Positions 25,201 through 36,807 of a stretch of DNA of 64,000 nt are shown here, piece by piece; the stretch's first letter is position 1, and each line of letters starts with the position of its first letter. Position numbers and translations under genes: made by a program. The notes under the pieces are model-generated. The model searched no databases. It saw only the letters and a program-made list of their open reading frames with translations, and was not told where the DNA came from. Origin of the DNA: Podarcis melisellensis (Eukaryota); the NCBI GenBank assembly GCA_964234715.1, contig OZ174280.1; one strand, written 5' to 3'.

Positions 25201-25218
25201 CAGCCACTAGGTGGAGCA
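25201..25218 (+). promoter_or_regulatory. Candidate CTCF motif
   Basis: CAGCCACTAGGTGGAGCA closely matches the CTCF core. Motif match only. Confidence 0.35.
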
Positions 25219-28200
25219 AAGTCTTTGCCTAGACTGCAGGTGAGCTATTGACAAAGCAATAAAAGACTTCCCATGCCCACCACAAGCCCCTGAAGCCAGC
25301 TGTGTTGTCAGCCTAGAACATATGCGCATTCACTCCATGCAATACCAGGACTGCCAGGAACCAGTACCTGAGAAAATGAGAGTACAAAAATGATTTTTTT
25401 AAAACACACACACACACACACACACATCCCGCTGCTTGATTTCCTTAGCTCCTTGTAACTAGGACTTGAGAGCTAACAAATACGTAGGAATTCGTGGCAA
25501 CTCATGATAAATGAGGTATACAGGGAGACTGCAGTTCAAAAAATACCTGCTGCTCTATCAGCATTTGATATGTTTTAAAGCTTCTCATGTTATAAAAAGG
25601 CAAGTCTTGCAGCTAATTAGAAGTAGATGGAACCCAGTTTCCTATTAGCATTAAATGTAGGAAGCTTTAGCTGTTTCACTAATGTTTTATGATAGTAACA
25701 TTCCCACTGTTTTGTGCCAAGCAGTACTCCAATGCATCCTCTCTAATGAGATCCAAAGTACTGTTTTTCAGTCTCTGTAGCAGCAGAGTGGACCATCTTA
25801 TTATGAAAGAAGGGTTGACAAGTGGAACCTTAAAGAAGAGAAAAGTAGGGCAGGGCTGTAGAAATGGTGAAGCAGCAGAAATAGGAACTATTCGAGAAGG
25901 CTTCATTTTAGAAAGGCTTTCACTAGCAACTTATGAGGTACACATGGCAGTCCTTCAGTGCCTTAACTGTAGCAGCTAGGCATTCAGATTATACTTATCT
26001 GGTGACAATCTGTTTCCAGGCCCAATTTAATGGACTGATTATTAACCTTTAAAGCAGAAAATGGTTTTGGATCAGACTCTCAGAGCAACTACCTGCACCC
26101 ATATGAACCTGATGTTCAGCATCGGAAGTCCTGCTGCGTCAACCACTGGTTAGAACTGGCAATGGGCCGCATATCACATTCACTGCAGCAATGGCAACTG
26201 CAGGTTTGCTCCGCTGGCCATGTATGGCTGGAATCAGTAGAGTCACCACATCTTCTACCTTCTGTGGCTGCTAATGGTGAAACTCACCATTTGGAAATCC
26301 AAGCCTTAGAGATTTCCAAGTCCAGAGACTATGCATCATATGCATTTATGCTCTTAAAATGTCCATAAGGAAGGAATGCAGATAGAAGAATGTCTACATA
26401 CAGATATAACTGTGAAATTATCACAAATTTGGCATGGAGTAGTGCTTCCTTAAAGCAGAGATACAAATCCATAGTCTCCTGAGAATACTTCTCTATAAAA
26501 GGCAAGTTCTTAGTCCTTAAGATTGCAGATGAAATCTCAAAAATAATGTGGCAAATGCTTTCACCTTAAGCCAGGGATAGGAAAAACTGTGGTCTTCCAA
26601 GATGATGTTGGATTCCAACTCCCATTAGTTTTAGCCAGCATTGTCAATTGTCAGGGATGATGGATGTTGTAGTTCCATTGTAATCTGGATGTTCCTCACC
26701 ACTGCCCTAAGTAATACTTCTGTAATGAAATGGCTGCAGTGTCATATGAGAAGCTCCACATTTTGTCTTCAACAGAAAACTCTCTCCTATCATCCTAGTT
26801 TGCTACGACTACCACCAGCAGCCACACACTCACACTCTCTCCCACACACACACAAAACCACATCCTGGTGTCAGGAGGACACAGGAGCTTCAGCTGCCTC
26901 CCACAACATTCCTATCCTGGCACACTCAAATGAAAACACAGGTGAGCCAGGGGAGGGACAGCTGGAGGTCAGCATCTGCAGAACATTAATCAGATACCCA
27001 GGGTAGCTGCATAAAAGGCAAAGTGTGGGAGTGTTTGGATAGAGGTCCCAGGAAATTTATTAATGGTGGAGAACAGACACTGGAAGACGGAAAAGGGCAA
27101 GACCAAGGAAGATAGAAATAAATTGAAGTGGCTTCAGTTAGAGTGAGAAAGGAGGGAAATTAAGTCGGGGGTGGGGAGTAACTCCAGTACAGCACAAGTA
27201 AGTGAAAATTGCAGAATAGCAAAGGCAGGTAAAGGGAACTGCTACACTATAGACAATCAGACATGGGTACAGGAAACAAAGTTCTACATGTTGGAAATAA
27301 AAAATAGTTCAAGCTGTAGTCAGATTGCTTGACAGAACGCAGCTTAGTTTAAAACCTGAGTTGCAGGACCTTGGAGAGCTCCAAGCAAGACAATTGCACA
27401 CTTGCTCCAACAAGGCCTAAAAATCCAAATGAGACCTTTCTTACTTCTCAGTTCAGACTACTCCTCTCAGGCTCAGACTCTGTCTTGGAAATGAACCAGC
27501 TGAAAGAGCTTGTCTCCTGGCCCAGAACATAGCATCCTATCTCTTCTCCATTAGTTTTCCCTGGTTCATAGCCTGCCCTTGTGAACTAGGAGTGGAGAAT
27601 TTGGGGCCCCAGGTGGGTAGATGTTCTCTTAGGAACATCAGGCTCGCAGGTTGCAGTCTCTGGGATCCCTGTTCATGGCTGAGAGGTTTAGGCTCAATCT
27701 TAGTGTTAGGGCTTGTATCTCAGTCTAAACCCTCTGCAACCCTAGCCAGTAGTCCCCTGTCCTCCCCTCTAAATTGGCTGGCTCCTCCCCATGTAGGTCA
27801 GAGCCTGAGCCCAGGGCAAAAGCTCATGGTGCGGTCATAAAACAATCTTCTCAAAGCCTTAAGTGTCTGTCTGATTTATGCTGGCAACTGTGGGAGGAGC
27901 ATAATAATTTTGAATGTCCTTTAATCTTCAAGTGACCAAGACTGCAGGCTGCATGCAACCCTCCAGGTCTCTCTATTTGGCCTTCAGGACTCTCACCAGA
28001 CCACACACCCTACTGGATCTATTCTGTGCCCTCCTTAAGTGTCTTTGCTGTGGTGGACTGTATCACTGAAGTGCTTGCCTGGATGGAAAGATGCATGTGG
28101 AGGCTGCTGTATGGCTGGAGTATAGCCTCCTCTTAAAAGAGCAACATATATTGCTCTGTCCAGTATTGTTACCCAGCCTGGGAAGGTTGCCCATGATGGA

Positions 28201-31001
28201 AAGTGGTCCTTGGGCTGAAAAGGGGTTAGACTCCTGCTTTGAGAGATTTTGCCAGTTTAAGTAATAGACACAGGCCAAACTATTCTCATGTTATGAAGGA
28301 TTATGCACAAACAAAAACATCTCAAAGATATAGCAAGAAAACCTAAGGGTAGAAGCCAATGTACCCCATTTCCATCTATAGTTCACTACATTTATATGTT
28401 CCCTAAGCAGAACAGAAAATAGAGGATTAGGAAAAATTAAACCTGTTATATATCCTATCAGCTCCTTACCAATGAAGGCAAGCAACAGTTAAACCTATGA
28501 ATTTCCATTACTCCTTTCTTTTGTACTGAGTCTTTTAAGTAGATGGCTCTGAATCATATGTGCAGGAACATGTGGGAGAGCTAATTTTAAGAGAGGATTT
28601 TCATTTCAGGCTCGAGGTACAAACAAACACCAATAAAAGCCGCAGGCACACAGATCTAATTGCCCAATGGATCATAGGCAAAACTCACCACATGTAATCT
28701 CACATCATCTTCTGATAAAAGAAGGAGTCTTATTCACATTCCATACAGTGTAACTGGAGAATGGAGTCCCATATGAGATGAAAAACTCAGGTAGGTCAAG
28801 CTACTGTTTTGCCACATTTCCAACAGCCATGATAAGTGGCAGAAGCCTTCTAAAGGAGGCACAGTAGAGTTCAGAACACCCTGAAATGGCCACACCATAA
28901 GAATATCTAGTTTCCTGCATCAGATTTGATTAAGAGTAAAATCTAACAACCAGACCTACATAGATGACCTTGGACTTTGAGGCATGGAAGTAGAGACAGG
29001 TCAGGAAGGCCTCAGACCCCATTGCAATACCCTTTTCATCTCTTCCAATGCCTCCTACCCAGACATACACAAAAAGAGATTATAGGTGGGTGCTACATCA
29101 CCACACGGTTAATGCTGTGAAGCAAGATATTCTGCAGCAGTCATTCATCAGGAAATGAAACTGGTTTCCAGGTTGGAAGGTGATAATCTTGGTGGTCATT
29201 TCCAGTATTATTTTACCATAGTTTACTATAGGTCCCTGTTACCTTGGGGGGGTGAGAATCAAGAAGTTGGATATCAGGATCAATAGGATACATATATTTG
29301 CACTGAGATAACATTTTCCATGTTAGGTCCTTTTCAAGAGGTACTTTGTTTTTGTTTACTGAGCTAGAGAAGAACTAAGTACTACTACAACAAGCCCAAA
29401 CTCTTTTGTATAGTCAACCCTTGCAAGTTCTGGGGGCAAAAGTACTTTCATCATTCCTCTCATATCAGTAGAACTGCCAAGTTCTCCAGAAACCTCCTCC
29501 TATATAAATATAACAAAAACTAGGTCCCTGCTGGTGGTTTTTATGAGTGTAACTTTTACTGGTATGTTTGCTTAGAAAATTGGTTTCATCCCTAAGCACA
29601 TGGGATTTCTTCCCCCTGGGCCTTTAAAACAATGTATGTGGACAAGAAGTGGCAAGAAGAAAACAAGAAACAGTTGTGTGGATATTTCTTCCTTTCTGCT
29701 ATTTTTGGGGGCTATAAATTAATTTGAAGATGGCCCTGTGGCTAACACGAGCAGATTGGTTTAACATTATGTGACAGATTGGTTTCATTTAGCCAGGAAT
29801 ATCCAGAGGGTCCTCGTTCCTGAGCAACCAGCATTTGCAGTCTTAAAACACATACAGTTCCCATCCTACTTTTTTGTTTGCCTCCAAAATGAACACCAAA
29901 ATTCCTATGGCATGTCCAATGACAGAAATTTATTCCAAAGAACAAAAATAAAACAATAGTTCCATTTGTCTTCTTAGAAAAAAGGGGGAATAGGAGAGCT
30001 TCTATTGCAGAGCAACTGCAATAAATTTATCTGTTATTTTACATGCAAGCAGAATCCAGTTTTGTGATGATAAGGAAAACGTAGCTGGTTTTAATCCCAG
30101 CTATCTCAATTTTAAGTGTCGCTATCAAATTTGCTATGGTAGTGCCAGGGTCAGAGCCAGTACGTTGAGAGGAGCCATGAACTCCAGGAAAACCAGTATT
30201 CAAGACTAAAGGATTATCTGGGGCCAAAGAGCAAGTCAGGATACAGGAATACAGTGCTTGGAAAGACCTTGCTGCTCAAGCAAGACTTAACTGAAACATA
30301 AAGAATTTTATACTCCGTCTTCCACATGAAGACCCAGTGGTCAGTTTGAGAATCTGTATCTGTGAATAAGGATGAGTGGATTCAAAGAGCTTAAGTCCCA
30401 TTATTTCAAAGGAGGGATATTTAATTATGTACTTAACTTTCTCTCCCATTGAAATCAATTACAGAGATTGCTTTGGGCTAATTCCATGGCTAATTTGAAG
30501 ACATGGCAATTCTCTGAAATTTAGGTAGGAGTATGGGAAGTTGTCATAAACTGAGGCAGACTTAACTGACTTATCCATCTAACTCAGCACTGTTTATTAT
30601 ACAGTACTGGTGGGCAGTGGCTCTCTCGAATTTCAGATATGGACCTTTCCCAGCCCTGCTTACATATGCTAGGGATTTCTGATAAGAAATTATATAAATA
30701 CCTAGATTAGAAAGTGGTGGTATTTCAAACCGAGTAACGTTTTCTCAGAAATAATAAGTGTCCATAATTGTTAGGGATTCAGAGGATTAATGTAAGTAGC
30801 CAAAAATAGTTTCCCAACAGATCAGCTATGTCAAAGTCTTTCAAGCCTTTGCAAAGTTTTATTCTACATGGTTTCTATGCAGAATTGCAAGGAATGCAGC
30901 ACAATAGGCAAAGAGAAGACATTTGGTAGAAAGATCCATGACTGGACAGTAGCATTTCTAGGCACGATTCTGAGAAAGTACCAGTCAGCTAACCTGGACA
31001 A

Positions 31002-31442
31002 CCAGTAGTGATGTATGGAAGTATGGAAGTGAGAGCTGGACCATAAAGAAGGCTGAATGCCGAAAAATTGATGCTTGTGAATTATGGTGCTGGAGGAGAC
31101 TCTTGAGAGTCCCATGGACTGCAAGAAGATCAAACCTATCCATTCTTAAGGAAATCAGCCCTGAGTGCTCACTGGAAGGACAGATCCTGAAGCTGAGGCT
31201 CCAATACTTTGGCCACCTCATGAGAAGAGAAGACTCCCTGGAAAAGACCCTGATGTTGGGAAAGATTGAGGGCACAAGGAGAAGGGGATGACAGAGGATG
31301 AGATGGTTGGACAGTGTTCTCAAAGCTACCAGCATGAGTTTGACCAAACTGCGGGAGGCAGTGGAAGACAGAAGTGCCTGGCGTGCTCTGATCCATGGGG
31401 TCACGAAGAGTCGGACACGACTAAACGACTAAACAAAGCAAC
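31002..31442 (+). mobile_element. BovB (RTE-clade) LINE 3' fragment
   Basis: Encodes RVPWTARRSNLSILKEISPECSLEGQILKLRLQYFGHLMRREDSLEKTLMLGKIEG. Has the BovB-type end GGGTCACGAAGAGTCGGACACGACT with a CAA-like tail. 11-bp TSD AACCTGGACAA at 30991-31001 and 31443-31453. Confidence 0.93.
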
Positions 31443-34400
31443 AACCTGGACAAAAGGAAGGTGAGAAAATGTTGTGCTCTGCCCAACCTGTCCCTTTAAG
31501 ATTGCTACCCTTGGCAGAAGGAACAATGCCCAGGAGCTGGTTGTTGACTGAGTGCGTCTGTCATCTGAACTTGGTTGAAAAACTGCAGGAGTCAACACCT
31601 GGCCCACTTTGGGTGAAAAGAGTAAAAGGAAGGGGTCAGCAATATGGGGCCTAATCAAGACAGCTCAATGATTACAGCTAGGCCTAGCATCCACCTGAGG
31701 TGGGTGGATGGATGGGGAATGAAGCCCTCTCTGACTGACTTTGTCCATTTCCTTTTCCTGGAAAAAGAAGAGCAAATAGGCCTCTCTGATCCCATTGCAA
31801 AGAGCACAATTAGTCATCCCCAAGCTCTAATGGCTTCTTGAAATGCTCAGCTGCTTTTGATGACTAATCTCCTAAGTAAAATAAGTGATGCCTAGCAAAG
31901 CAGCACACTCCAAATCCAGCTTTAGCTTTATATTATGAATGACACTGGTAATTAAATCAGCAGATACTCAAAATCTGGTGACTCAGCCTTTGTACTAGTG
32001 ACTTTTAACTTTTGACCATGAAACTATAAATAAGTAAGGTATGATCATTTACTGAAAAATGTTTGCAGGTAAAACTTTGAGTTTCAAGATGAGAATCATT
32101 CTGGTTATAAAGAAAGTACGGCTGTGTCCAAATTAGAAAACACGTCATATGTCATTTGTTTTGTCCTTCATTTAATTGACTGTTACTATGGTCCCCCTCA
32201 CAAAAATGCCTGGGGTGATCTTGAGATAGAGAATCTAAAGGATGTAATGATGACCACTAACCTGGATGGCTTTGAAAAGGGGATTATGTGTTCTTATGTA
32301 GGATGGATCCTGAATTCATCAGACTTAGTTTGTGGTAGAAAAAAATAGCAGATGAAATTAGCAAAAGAACAGTTCAGGGATTTACAAAGTTGTTCTAGAT
32401 TCGTCCAGGATGTCTCTGCAACTTCTGAGCTGGAATATTAATGGCGCCAATTCCCCAGAGACCCAGCTGTTTGGAGGGAGTAGCTTCTGACCAAGCACAT
32501 CCCTAGACAGAACAGCCATTTCCCCACTGATTGAAGAATGCCCCATTTTATTTATAAGAATCACCCAAGGCAGCAATAGCTGTATCTGGGGACTCACCAT
32601 ATCAAACATGTAGATGGAGCATTTGCACAACCAGATATTTAGAGTATCACTCACCAATGGGAATAAGCTCCTTATGCATGAAATACACTCCACAATATAG
32701 CAATGCTAATTCTTCCCAGCCTAATTAAAGTAAACCATTCAAGTGACCATCTTCAGGATGTTGTTTTTGAAGCGGAAGACCAGGATTTTCCTGAGCTTCA
32801 GTCATGCAGAGTGCTGAAAGAAATCCCTTTGAGTGTAGACTCACAGATAGCATGTAAAATCCAGACAAATGATTGCTTTGCCAGTGATTCCCATTTTGCA
32901 GCAAACAGGTTATTAGTGTGGGACTCTGTACAAGGAGCCTGCATTCAAAAAGCCTGTTCATTATTAATGGAATATGAGCTTTTGACATCAAAGGGGATCC
33001 ATTATGTATGCTAAACGGTGGTGTGTGAGAAAAGAAGGACCTGCATTTCAAGTCCTCTCGGTGCTTTTGTCCCTTGTAAATCAATCAAGCTTGACAGATA
33101 CTTTAAGGAGAGTAATCTTTTCAATGATACTGTCAATGGATAACATAATGGAACATTGTCTTGATGCTGTGTGAAGACATGAAGCTAGTCAATTACAGAC
33201 AACACTTCATGCAGCCGCCAGCTTTCACTTGAAGCAATTCTAGGGAAGTATTCTAATCCTTACAAATGTCTGCTGTAGCATACAATGTAAATGAGACCTC
33301 CTGAAGCTTCAGAAAAATAATTAGCTACAACAGTGGCCCATTCCCACACTTCTCAAACATGGGCATGATAACGTTTACTGTGCAGTTTTCCGTCCTTCTG
33401 GAGCGTTCGGTGCCTGCTGTGTATTTATATACACAGCTTTCTAATTGTCACCGCTTTGTTCCTCACACCCACAAAGGCTTATACCGAGAGTGTCATATCT
33501 GCACATATCTCTTAACAAAGAAATCCTGGTAGCCTGGCCAACTGTATTCCTTGCTGTTCTTACTACTATAGCTCAAGACACTACTAGGGCTTGTTTATTT
33601 AGAAAGAGTCGAGAGTTTTGCAACCATGTGGGATGGTCACAGGATTGTACAGACCTCAACATGACAAGGATTTCTGACACTAAGGCAGAGATATGCAACA
33701 GGGGCATCCCTGTTACATGTTGGGAAGTGCCCAAAGATTAGCTCATGTCATCCAATGTCAGCAATAGAGAACAGTAAGGGCCACCAGTAGTACCTGGTGG
33801 AGAAGGGGGTATCCATAATAAAGCATGCCACGGATCTTGCATCCCTCTGGTTAAACATTTGCAGATCTCTATTTTTAAACAAAATTTCTTTTTTTAAAAA
33901 ACACATCCAAGTACAACAGAAGGAATGTGAGCTGCCAGTTTAAACATGTGGATCAACAAGACAGTGAGGCTATTAGTTTGGGGCCTGCTATTTTGTCCAG
34001 CGATAACTGGCATTTGAGTCTTGTTCCAAGTGAATTCCTCCCTGTACAAGGTCACACACCAAAACTGCTGAGTCAGTGTGAGAAACTGTGAGCCAGCAGC
34101 TCCCAGAATAATCTCAAATACGCTGGCTGCCAGCATGTGCTGAAGCCTGCCAGTTGCCTCTGGAAGTGACCTGGAGCAGGAGGCAAACAATGTTTATTTG
34201 ATTGCTGGCACCTACTTTCTCTCTTCCTAAAAGGCTTCTCTTCCTCTATAAACAACAACAACAACCATCACTACCAAATGACAAGGATATGCACCCTTCC
34301 TTCCAAAATAGAATTAATTTAGTTTGTATTTTATCCAATATGAGAAGATACATAGTAGCAGCAGTTTAACAATTCAAGCCTGACATATAATAACAGTCTT

Positions 34401-36048
34401 AAAGGGTCGAGTAAGTTGTCCCAGCTAGTCCTGAACCAAATGGTGATCTAGGCAAGGAAAATGTTTGGCTCCCACTCCATTTGTTTTTAAAAACTTGCTT
34501 TTTTTCATTTTTTACATTTGTAGCCTAGTTCATTATTTCAGTGCACAATCTGCAAGCCTGTTTTATCTTAGTCATATAAGACAATATGTTTGCCTGCACT
34601 GATTTGACCACAATCAGTCATATGCACATAATTTGGTAAATTTCCACAAGGATAAAATATAGCAATCTTGTTAATGCAATATTGGCCACACAGACTGGCA
34701 GCTTTACAAGTAAATATGAAACCACAGCATTAGAACTGCAGAACATGGGTAGCCTTTTTGTAAAACCCACCATCTCCCTTGGGCTAAGTTCACGATGAAA
34801 ACCTCCCTCTTTAGAGCTGCTATTTGCCCCACGATGCATCGTTATTTAAGTGACCATTGTTCAAACTCCCACCCTCAATGGCACCATCTTGCTTCTACCC
34901 CCAAAGGCACTGTAGGTGCTATTTAAAAGTTTAAAACCAGACATACTAATTGCAATCATTCTACTGACTTCACATCTATTTGGACCCCTAAAAAGATCAA
35001 GATGCTTTTTTGTGTGTGTTTGGGACTGGGCACACTGTTTCCCAGTCAAAACTATACTAGAATCCTGGATTCCTCCATCATTTTCTAAGATTCTGACTCA
35101 AGGTAGGCCATCAAAAGAATCAAAGAGGTTTGATCCCTGGACAATTAAATTACGGCTTTAATGTGCACACATCCCTACCCAAGCACTGTCACCAAATCCA
35201 AGTGCATGTCTTGCCTTAGTTTGTTTATCAGCTCTGCATTGCAAAGTCTTTTCTTTTTTTTGGCCATTTTTTATTAAGTGAAACCATGAGATGCAAACAA
35301 TTTCTATACAGTACTGTGAGGTGGGGAAAGCCCTTCAGGCTAGCATTATTGCTAGTAGACAAATGGGACTCTCTGTTGATTGCTTTGTTTCCAATATGCA
35401 GACTCAGCTGCTTTACGTTGTTTCTGTGCAGGAAAAGCCAGGGAGGCCCTTTATAGCATGTTGCCTCTTCCTGCACCTTCAAAATATGGGTTATTAGGAT
35501 GATATTGGCTGTGACTGGAATAATGCAAGATTAAACACAACTCAGCAGCTGGAACATCCATTGATGGCATATTCTGGCTGGCTGGCCTCAGAAAAAAAAA
35601 TAAAGCACTGAGGAGAAAGGAAGGGTAGAAAAAATAAAGACTAGGTCAGGTTGCGGGGGGTGGGGGGGTGGGAGGGGAGGGGAGGGGAGAGAAATATCTA
35701 TCCAATATAGTATTTAAGGGATACAACATAACATCCCATTTTGACAAACAAACAAAAGTTTTTGTATCAAGTACATTTTTTCAGTTAACCACCTTGCTGG
35801 ATCAGACCACTGTTCCATCTAGTTCAGCACAATACTTCCAAAAGTGACTTGCCATATGTCTCTGGCAGCTCACAGCCTCCCCCTGAAGTCCAACTCCTGG
35901 GAGTGAAGGATAAGCTATATTGCCTCTGAACATGGCACTTCCATTGAGGCCAAAAATCTATTCTAACTCTGTCCTCTGCCATTACCCCCAGCCAGCATGA
36001 CTGAAGGGTCAGCAATGATGGCAGTTCCAGTCTCGCAACATCTGAAGG

Positions 36049-36352
36049 CAGTGCTGGAATTACGTATAAGCTAAACAAGCTATGGCTTAGGGCCCCACCT
36101 TTTTGGGGGCCCCAAAAAAGTTTAAAGAAAAATCTGGGTGTACATTTCCAAAATATAAGATAAAAAACAAATTACTTTGATAAAATACATATTTTGTTAT
36201 GTGCAAATGGCTTTAGATACCTGTTAGGTCCATAAATTACCATATAGCAAAGAAACAGTGGCAATTTGTTGTTGACAAAGGACAGCTGGGCATATAAAGG
36301 GCCCCATTACCTTCAGTAGCTTAGGGCCTCATCAAATCTAAATCCAGCCCTG
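36049..36352. mobile_element. hAT-type MITE nested in an older palindromic repeat
   Basis: Imperfect TIRs CAGTGCTGGAATTA / CAGGGCTGGATTTA. Perfect 8-bp TSD TCTGAAGG at 36041-36048 and 36353-36360. Confidence 0.85.
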
Positions 36353-36654
36353 TCTGAAGGCATATGTTCCTCGCCCGTGTCATAAACCCAGTATGCAGTC
36401 AGTTGCAAATGTGACCAGGCTCTACTGGTTGTGAGAATGCTGCCACAACAAAAGTGCATCTACCAAGTAGCAGCAACACACACATATCTTAGCCATCATG
36501 GCTTGAATGGAGCACGGGCTGCCTGAAGACTCTGGCACTGCCAAAGGCTGAATGAGTTGTATGAATAGACACCTATTTAATAATACAAAAAAAAAAAAGA
36601 AGGGAAGAGAAGGGGGAAGGAAATACAGTAGAAAAGAGAGAGAGAGTTGCTTAC

Positions 36655-36807
36655 AAAGGAGAAGTCTTCAGCATTCTGGCAGAGTAGCTTGGGGAAAATA
36701 GCCTGTCTCTGAAATCTTTCCTCGTCTTCAAAAATGTTCCCATACATAAAGCCATTCATCATCGTGGAGTGAGCATGGATGTCGATATAGAATTCCAGGG
36801 TAACTTT
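36655..36807 (-). CDS. AGBL4: AGBL4/CCP6 internal coding exon (M14 carboxypeptidase domain, third zinc ligand)
   Basis: Translates to KVTLEFYIDIHAHSTMMNGFMYGNIFEDEERFQRQAIFPKLLCQNAEDFSF (51 codons, phase 0/0), nearly identical to human AGBL4 as I recall it. Acceptor ttttctatacag precedes 36807 and donor GTAAGC starts at 36654. Confidence 0.97.

Larger units (their letters stand above)
22962..36654 (-). other. AGBL4: AGBL4 GT-AG major-class intron, about 13.7 kb
   Basis: GTAAGC donor at 36654; polypyrimidine tract and CAG ending at 22962; phases are compatible. Confidence 0.9.
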
